DNA from: Eledone cirrhosa
Taxonomy: Eukaryota
Reading direction: 5' to 3'
DNA: 64,000 nucleotides
NCBI GenBank assembly: GCA_964016885.1
Contig: OZ024762.1
Coordinates: 1,798,001-1,862,000, forward strand
A program made the translations under genes and the position numbers. Below the pieces are notes generated by a model. That model was not told where the DNA came from. It made no database searches and was given only the letters and a program-made list of their open reading frames with translations. The stretch's first letter is position 1; each line of letters begins with the position of its first letter. This document shows positions 55,451 to 64,000 of this stretch, in pieces.

Positions 55451-56012
55451 CACATAAATATTTGCTCTACGGTTCTTATATATTTGATATATATTTATCC
55501 TTATCGAGCCCTCTTTGGATTTTAGTCTTCAAATTTATTATTATTACTATATATATATCATCATCATCATCATCATCATCAACGTTTAACGTCCGTGTTC
55601 CACGCTTGCATGGGTTTGGACGGGGGTAGTCCCACTTGAGGCAAGAGTGATTGTCTTGCTCGCATAGGACTGTCTGGCAGGTTTTCTACAGTTGGATGCC
55701 CTTCCTAACACCAACCACATTTACAGTGTGGGTCTGGGAGGTTTTTACCGTGTTGCCTACACGGCCACATTACAGCGTGGACTGTGTGTTTTTTTGTCGT
55801 GACACCTACACGATCTCATTTGTTTCGGCCTGGATGGCGCGGCACCAACATAACTTTACATAGAACGGGGTGGTGTGGATGGGGTGGGGGTGGCGGCGGG
55901 AGGGGTGTATTTTGTTAGAGATGCCTACTGGCAAGGCGGGTCTTCTCTGTTACTGAGTACCGCCAAAGGTCACGGTCCAGTGACATTGTCTTGGAGAGGT
56001 GTAAGTGTGTGA

Positions 56013-56048
<36 letters not shown>

Positions 56049-56692
56049 AAGAGTATTAATGGAAAAATTTAAACTTTTTTCATCCCAAAACCATATTTAT
56101 TCCTTTACACATGTTTCGGGGCTCAGACCTCAGCGACCATAGTTTTATACAGGGCTGGGTGTAACCATTGAGGGCAGCTAGACTGCAACCCCAGGTTTTA
56201 AAGTCGTGTCTGATTAAATGTGCAGTAGGTATTGTCATACATTGTCATATATTGTCATACATGTTTAATGGGTTTACCTTAAGAAGTAAAATAGGAAAAT
56301 GGCAATTACTCGTGGAATGTACAGGTAGTATATTGCAGTATTTCAATGTATATACTGTTTTATTGGTTAACCATCTAGGACAGACATTTAAATCTCTCTA
56401 CATACACATGTATGTGTGTGCATATATGTAAATGTGTGTATATGTGTGTGTGTGTATGTGAGTGTGAGTATGTGTGTGTGTATATGTGTGTGTGAATGTG
56501 TGTATGAGTGTGTGTATGTGCATGCGTATGTGTGTATGTGCATGCGTGAATGTGTGTGAGTGTGTGTATGTGTATGTGTGTATATGTATGTGTGAATGTG
56601 TGTGCTTATATGTGTGTATGTGGGTGTTTTAGACACATGAGGAGTTGGAGTTGTTACCACCTACTTCCTAGTTTCAGCAAATTTTGTTGGAA

Positions 56693-58702
56693 TTTTGTCG
56701 AGAATCTAATTGTAATACGTGACGTATTCTATTCAATAGCGATTAGGTCTTCAAAATGTTTATTATAAACATACAGAATATTTTCGAATATTCTATGTCT
56801 ATATTCACATATATATCGCTATTTCAGAGCATTTATTCCAATTTCTAATTTCTGCCGGACCGGCAACCGCTCTTTCAAACCAGTTCCTGTACACAGCTAA
56901 GTATTCTATAAGTCTCTAGCTGTGTCATTCTCGATAAAAGCACTGGATATGTAGTCCTGATGATTTCTAACAAGAATGAAACGCGTAGATTACTTCCCTT
57001 GCTTTTGTCGAGAATCTAATTGTAATACGTGACGTATTCTATTCAATAGCGATTAGGTCTTCAAAATGTTTATTATAAACATACAGAATATTTTCGAATA
57101 TTCTATGTCTATATTCACATATATATCGCTATTTCAGAGCATTTATTCCAATTTCTAATTTCTGCCGGACCGGCAACCGCTCTTTCAAACCAGTTCCTGT
57201 ACACAGCTAAGTATTCTATAAGTCTCTAGCTGTGTCATTCTCGATAAAAGCACTGGATATGTAGTCCTGATGATTTCTAACAAGAATGAAACGCGTAGAT
57301 TACTTCCCTTGCTTTTGTCGAGAATCTAATTGTAATACGTGACGTATTCTATTCAATAGCGATTAGGTCTTCAAAATGTTTATTATAAACATACAGAATA
57401 TTTTCGAATATTCTATGTCTATATTCACATATATATCGCTATTTCAGAGCATTTATTCCAATTTCTAATTTCTGCCGGACCGGCAACCGCTCTTTCAAAC
57501 CAGTTCCTGTACACAGCTAAGTATTCTATAAGTCTCTAGCTGTGTCATTCTCGATAAAAGCACTGGATATGTAGTCCTGATGATTTCTAACAAGAATGAA
57601 ACGCGTAGATTACTTCCCTTGCTTTTGTCGAGAATCTAATTGTAATACGTGACGTATTCTATTCAATAGCGATTAGGTCTTCAAAATGTTTATTATAAAC
57701 ATACAGAATATTTTCGAATATTCTATGTCTATATTCACATATATATCGCTATTTCAGAGCATTTATTCCAATTTCTAATTTCTGCCGGACCGGCAACCGC
57801 TCTTTCAAACCAGTTCCTGTACACAGCTAAGTATTCTATAAGTCTCTAGCTGTGTCATTCTCGATAAAAGCACTGGATATGTAGTCCTGATGATTTCTAA
57901 CAAGAATGAAACGCGTAGATTACTTCCCTTGCTTTTGTCGAGAATCTAATTGTAATACGTGACGTATTCTATTCAATAGCGATTAGGTCTTCAAAATGTT
58001 TATTATAAACATACAGAATATTTTCGAATATTCTATGTCTATATTCACATATATATCGCTATTTCAGAGCATTTATTCCAATTTCTAATTTCTGCCGGAC
58101 CGGCAACCGCTCTTTCAAACCAGTTCCTGTACACAGCTAAGTATTCTATAAGTCTCTAGCTGTGTCATTCTCGATAAAAGCACTGGATATGTAGTCCTGA
58201 TGATTTCTAACAAGAATGAAACGCATAGATTACTTCCCTTGCTTTTGTCGAGAATCTAATTGTAATACGTGACGTATTCTATTCAATAGCGATTAGGTCT
58301 TCAAAATGTTTATTATAAACATACAGAATATTTTCGAATATTCTATGTCTATATTCACATATATATCGCTATTTCAGAGCATTTATTCCAATTTCTAATT
58401 TCTGCCGGACCGGCAACCGCTCTTTCAAACCAGTTCCTGTACACAGCTAAGTATTCTATAAGTCTCTAGCTGTGTCATTCTCGATAAAAGCACTGGATAT
58501 GTAGTCCTGATGATTTCTAACAAGAATGAAACGCGTAGATTACTTCCCTTGCTTTTGTCGAGAATCTAATTGTAATACGTGACGTATTCTATTCAATAGC
58601 GATTAGGTCTTCAAAATGTTTATTATAAACATACAGAATATTTTCGAATATTCTATGTCTATATTCACATATATATCGCTATTTCAGAGCATTTATTCCA
58701 AT
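56693..58702 (+). mobile_element. 310-bp tandem array (~6.5 units) with one hammerhead ribozyme per unit; non-LTR retrozyme-like
   Basis: Units start at 56693, 57003, 57313, 57623, 57933, 58243 and 58553 (partial). They are essentially identical and the array ends in an (AT)n tract. Each full unit contains GTAGTC-CTGATGA-TTTCT AACA AGAAT-GAAA-CGCG-TA-GATTAC. Confidence 0.85.
56951..56993 (+). ncRNA. Type I hammerhead ribozyme, array copy 1 (further copies at 57261, 57571, 57881, 58191, 58501)
   Basis: Stem I GUAGUC/GAUUAC, core CUGAUGA, stem II UUCU/AGAA with loop AACA, GAAA, minimal palindromic stem III ACGCGU. Predicted cleavage after GUA (56987). Confidence 0.85.
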
Positions 58703-58792
58703 ATATATATATATATATATGTATGTCATGTCCCAAGGCTCTGATACCATCAACACCATAAACACAGAGCTGGCATATCTAAGAACTGACTA

Positions 58793-58848
58793 ACTGCCTG
58801 ATGAGGTCATAGCCACTCAATGGCTATCATCGAAATATATATAACAGT
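58793..58848 (+). ncRNA. Hammerhead ribozyme, same family as 50917
   Basis: ACTGC-CTGATGA-GGTC ATAGCCA CTCAA TGGCTAT CATC-GAAA-TATATATA-ACAGT. Stem II shows a compensatory C-G to T-A change relative to 50917. Confidence 0.7.
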
Positions 58849-58888
58849 AAATAAAGGATTATGAGTTCACGCAATTGACTTATGTTTC

Positions 58889-58924
<36 letters not shown>

Positions 58925-59133
58925 AAGGTGTAACATTGGTAACATTTGTTCTCGGTATGGTGAACTAACTGTTGTGGATCTACTTCTACCAAACTCGTCC
59001 CATGGACTGAGTGCTCTACTACTATGGATATTACCTTCCAGTGTTCTACTATTATATATATATATATATATACACACCTCTCTTTCTATAATATGTGTAT
59101 AATACCCTTCTCTTTCTATATATATACATATAC

Positions 59134-59168
<35 letters not shown>

Positions 59169-59793
59169 CACACACACGGTGTCCCCAAAATGTATACACA
59201 CTTCAACAGCACTCTAATAAATATTGCCTGTACAGGTAATCAATATCTGTACACATCTTTTGGGACACTCTGTGTATGTATATATATATATATCGATCGA
59301 TCGATCGACTCTCGTTAAATCGGACCAAGGAAACAATGTTTCCATTGGTCTTTCCAGTTGCTAATACTCTTTATCGGTCGCAACTCCAGGTAGGAGCAAC
59401 GTGGAATAAAGTGTCTTGCTCAAGGACATAACGCATCGTCCGGTCCATGAATCGAACCCACAACCTCACGATTGTGAATCCAATTCTCTAACCACTCAGC
59501 CACACACCTAGTATTAATATATAAAGGAACAAAGAATCAGTGTTGTATCATATACATATTTAATTACATATTACATATGTTTCACTGTCGATCAGCTCGA
59601 GGTATGATCTATTGATGATCGAACCTGACTTTGGAATCGGCAAATCCTCAGATATGTTTTAAAACATATACAACACTGATTTTTTGTTCCCTTATATATT
59701 AATACTATTGATACTCTGTTCCACAAGAGCATCAAGTACTCATTCAGCATACCACCTAGGGACGCAATTAAATTGCACCTTAATACCTATATG

Positions 59794-59845
<52 letters not shown>

Positions 59846-60056
59846 CCACTTTCTGTATATATATATATATATATTTATACTTGGGGAGAGTCATATTGTT
59901 ATAATATTGCCAGAAATAATAACAGAACACACTCACTGTTTGTTTGGTTTTCGCTTCTGTATCTTTTATATCTCCATAGTTAAAAAAAAAAAAAATATAT
60001 ATTTATATATATAGAGAGAGGTATAAATATATATAGGTATATAGATATTTACATAC

Positions 60057-60087
<31 letters not shown>

Positions 60088-60330
60088 AGTGGGGAGAGAG
60101 AGATAGGTTGATGTTTTGCAAACTTGTATTCCAACTTTTCTTATAGGAGAGCTTGTCTGCTGCGTCTAAACCAACAAAGGAATATATTTGGGCAATATCA
60201 ATGCATTTAAGGCCAAGAAGTGCAGAAAGCATTCCAATATCTCTTGCTAAGTTAAATGATTTTTAATTTGGTCTATGATTGGAGGTGGACACTGATCCCA
60301 TGGCTATTTGTGCCATGCCTGGTGGGCCGC

Positions 60331-60799
60331 TTTACCATTTACTCTATATATACTATTGTATTTTCACAGTAAAGGCTTTACCTCACATAATATCTCACAT
60401 AACATTTACATTACTCTATATATACTATTGTATTTTCACAGTAAAGGCTTTACCTCACATAACATTTACATTACTCTATAAATACTATTGTATTTTCACA
60501 GTAAAGGCTTTACCTCACATAATATCTCACATAACATTTACATTACTCTATATATACTATTGTATTTTCACAGTAAAGGCTTTACCTCACATAACATTTA
60601 CATTACTCTATATATACTATTGTATTTTTGTGGTAAAGACTTTATCTCTACATAATATTGAATCTATGAGATTTTGATATTACTTATTTTGAGAACAATA
60701 CCATAACTTCAGTATGAGTGGCCAGTTACGGCTGGTTTCAACAGAAAGAGGTGAGAGAATTCTGGCCAGATATTGCTGGCTTAAATGCTAAAGGGTTAA
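60331..60799 (+). mobile_element. piggyBac-type MITE with 72/60-bp array
   Basis: Array 60335-60630; right terminus taaatgctaaagggttaa. Confidence 0.7.
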
Positions 60800-60909
60800 A
60801 TACCCCCAAACAGCTGAAAAATGTTGTTTCAAAAACCTGAAGTCAAAGTCACTGCACAAAGACTGAAATGAAAATGGAACACAACTCTGGCCCTCAGTGG
60901 TCAGCAGTC

Positions 60910-61472
60910 TATTAGTTAATGTGACTTTAACCTAGCATTGAAAACACACCTGTGGCCCTTAAATGTGTTAGTTAATGTCAGTTTAACCTAGCAGTGAAAA
61001 CACACCTGTGGCCCTTAAATGTGTTAGTTAATGTCAGTTTAACCTAGCAGTGAAAACACACCTGTGGCTCTTAAATGTGTTAGTTAATGTCAGTTTAACC
61101 TAGCAGTGAAAACACACCTGTGGCCCTCAACAGTCTGTTAGTCAGTGTCACCTTATCTAAGTAGTGAAAACACACCTGTGGCCCTTAAATGTGTTAGTTA
61201 ATGTCAGTTTAACCTAGCAGTGAAAACACACCTGTGGCCCTTAAATGTGTTAGTTAATGTCAGTTTAACCTAGCAGTGAAAACACACCTGTGGCCCTTAA
61301 ATGTGTTAGTTAATGTCAGTTTAACCTAGCAGTGAAAACACACCTGTGGCCCTTAAATGTATTAGTTAATGTCAGTTTAACCTAGCAGTGAAAACACACC
61401 TGTGGCCCTCAACAGTCTGTTAGTCAGTGTCACCTTATCTAAGTAGTGAAAACACACCTCTGGCCCTCAACA
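60910..61472. repeat. 56-bp minisatellite
   Basis: Unit cacacctgtggcccttaaatgtgttagttaatgtcagtttaacctagcagtgaaaa; about 10 copies. Confidence 0.9.
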
Positions 61473-63388
61473 TTCTGTTGTTGTTGGTGGTAGTGTCAAT
61501 AGTGGTGCTGCTGCTGTTATAGTTGTTGCTGTTGCTGTTATAGTTATTGGTGGTGCAGGTGTTGGTAGTGGTGCTGTTGTTTTCTCTGTGTGTACCCTTC
61601 TCATTTAGATGTCTATATAGTACAAATACCTTTATTTTACAAAAAACTCCCCAAACAATTGGTACAATATCTCTGCCAAGAAACTTAGATCTGCCACAAA
61701 AGATTGGTGAGAAGTTGGTTATTTTTTCACACTTTTTCACCTTTTGTCTGCCCAGTGAAAGACATTTTATTTTTCTTTAAAAAAAAACACTTTTGTTTAG
61801 AATGTTTACATTCTACCCTGAATGGAGACGAAATATCGTGACAACACCTTCCATTAGAGACATCGACAAAACAAAAAGAAACTTTAAAATGAACAGAACA
61901 TCATCAAAATTATTATCACCACCACCACCACCATTATCGGGGCCCATACGTCTTGGAACAAAAATAAGGTGACAATATTTCTGTTGGAGATTTTAATTCG
62001 AGTGAGAACAGTTTTAACAACAGTTTTGGTAAAAGAGAGACACACACATGCACCCCACTCCCCATACTCGTTTTCTAAGCGATGTATCACAAAAAGTGGT
62101 GTTGCTTTATCAGAGGAATTTATTCAAGAACGGACAAAAATATAAGTGACACACAAAAAGCAATGGAAACAAGTGAAAAGGAGCAACTGAAGGAAATCCT
62201 AGTGGATGGTTGTGAAAGAGCGTACGATACATGGATCAAGGCAGTGTATATGTATGTACCTGCTTGATCTTCAAGATCAAATACGATGTGAGGTGAGATC
62301 AAGGCAGTGTATATGTATGAGTTTGCTTGATCTTCAAGATCAAGTCAGTAGAAATGTGTGTGTTTGCTTGATCTTCAACATTAAAGATAATCTGAGGTGA
62401 GATCAGGGCAGTACATATGTATGAGTCTGCTTGATCTTCAAGATCTTCAAGATCAAATACCAGTGCATGCCAGCTTGGGTGTGTATTATTTACTGTAGCT
62501 TCAGGTTACCCAATGCCTTGTGAAAAAAATTGGGTAGACAGAAACTGTTTGGAAGCCCATAGAATGGACTGATTATACCTGCAATCCAAAGGGCAATCTT
62601 TATCACACACTGTGCTATACTGAATCTCCCTGAGAATTACATGAAAGGTATGTGTGTCTGGAATGCTCAGCCACTTACATAATAATTGTTTCTACTTTTG
62701 GCACAGAGCCAGCAATTAATCCAGTGTATTACTGGTACTTTATTTTATCAACCCGGTAAGGATGAAAAGCAAAGTTAACCGTGGCAGGATTTGAACTCAG
62801 ACCGTAAAGGGACGTAACTCTTTGCTACAAAGCATGGCGTCCGACCCTCTACCGAAATAAAAGATGGACTGTACCTGTAATTCACTGGGCCAGCCTTGTC
62901 ACACAGATTGCATGCTGAATCTCCCTGAGAAGTACATTAAGGAGACATATATGTGTGTGGAATGCTCAGCCACTTACACGTTGATTTCACAAGCAGGCTT
63001 TCTCCATTAACCAACGAACTGAAACGTTCATACCTGCCATTACACTACAACCCGATCCTTTGGTGCGTTTAGCAGAGTTTATGAGCTCAGACTGGGCAAT
63101 TTATTCCCCCCCACCCTTTTCCTTACAAACATCTAGGGGACCCTGAAAAACTTATAGGGTCATGAGAGTTGCCCTTCCACCCATGGCCAAACCAACAAAC
63201 GAACAATACATACATAAATATAAATGTAGATTTGTCTTGTAGATTTGATTTTATTGTATCAGGTTCAGCGCTAACTTAGGTGGCCTATGAACTGCAGAGC
63301 TGTGGCCCTTTACACACACATATGTATATGTGTGTGTATATATATATTTTATTGTATATATGTGTGTATATATATATATATTATTGTA

Positions 63389-63420
<32 letters not shown>

Positions 63421-63432
63421 AATATTTATGTG

Positions 63433-63463
<31 letters not shown>

Positions 63464-63567
63464 GTAACTGTATGTGTGTATATATATAACAATGATCTCA
63501 TTAATTACCTATCTCAGACTTTTTATGTATATATATGTGTATATATGGGTATATATTTTATGTGTGC

Positions 63568-63634
<67 letters not shown>

Positions 63635-63783
63635 TATATACATATATGTGTGTGTGAATATATATATATAAAACAATGAACTAATTAACTTTTGTTCTGT
63701 TTTCATTGTTCTACCTACACACACACACACACACACATATATATACATATATACATATATTTATATATATATATGTGTATATA

Positions 63784-63814
<31 letters not shown>

Positions 63815-64000
63815 GTATATATGGTGTGTGTGTGTGTATACAAGTAGATGTATACGTATACCCCCCCCCCCCCCAAGGAAAACCAAAATTCGCACAGTCT
63901 AGTACACCTTCCCACAGGTGTAAATTTATGGATAACGAGAAGGAAGTTACTGGTCTGAAACTCATGTTGACAAACGTGAGTACTTCATCCTGCTCCCAAG

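Noticed and set aside
56693-58702. CRISPR array or 5S/tRNA/snRNA gene cluster
   Set aside because: The units are wholly identical with no unique spacers, the context is eukaryotic, and no 5S, tRNA or snRNA sequence is recognisable.
61620-62400. Unique block with short ORFs and a possible minus-strand donor near 61817
   Set aside because: Could be a non-coding first exon or part of a neighbouring gene, but cannot be supported from the sequence alone.

Overview
AT-rich, intron-rich animal genomic DNA dense with (TA)n/(CA)n microsatellites, SINEs, RTE/Tx1 LINE relics and MITEs. The repeat landscape looks like a coleoid cephalopod, probably Octopus (inference). Three spliced protein-coding genes can be assembled by hand from GT-AG sites with consistent phases: (1) a minus-strand SEC14/CRAL-TRIO plus spectrin-like protein (SESTD1/Trio-N-terminus-like, no RhoGEF domain), CDS 46-14293; (2) plus-strand JMJD6, 9 exons, 19533-29997, 422 aa; (3) a minus-strand unassigned type I membrane mucin-like protein, ~38536-53918. 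Most of the long ORFs in the track are microsatellite artefacts. The main non-coding signal is hammerhead ribozymes. A near-identical 310-bp tandem array (56693-58702) carries one type I hammerhead per unit, which is the architecture of a non-LTR retrozyme / circular-RNA template. About ten more hammerhead loci from several families lie in foldback (inverted-repeat) elements inserted in (TA)n tracts, typical of Penelope-like element remnants. Also notable: a 32-bp minisatellite that builds a chain of ATGA-overlapped uORFs at the start of gene 1, and a TTAA-MITE whose intronic copies are all in the host sense orientation and which seeds 72-bp arrays. All structures were read by eye; no searches or folding were run.
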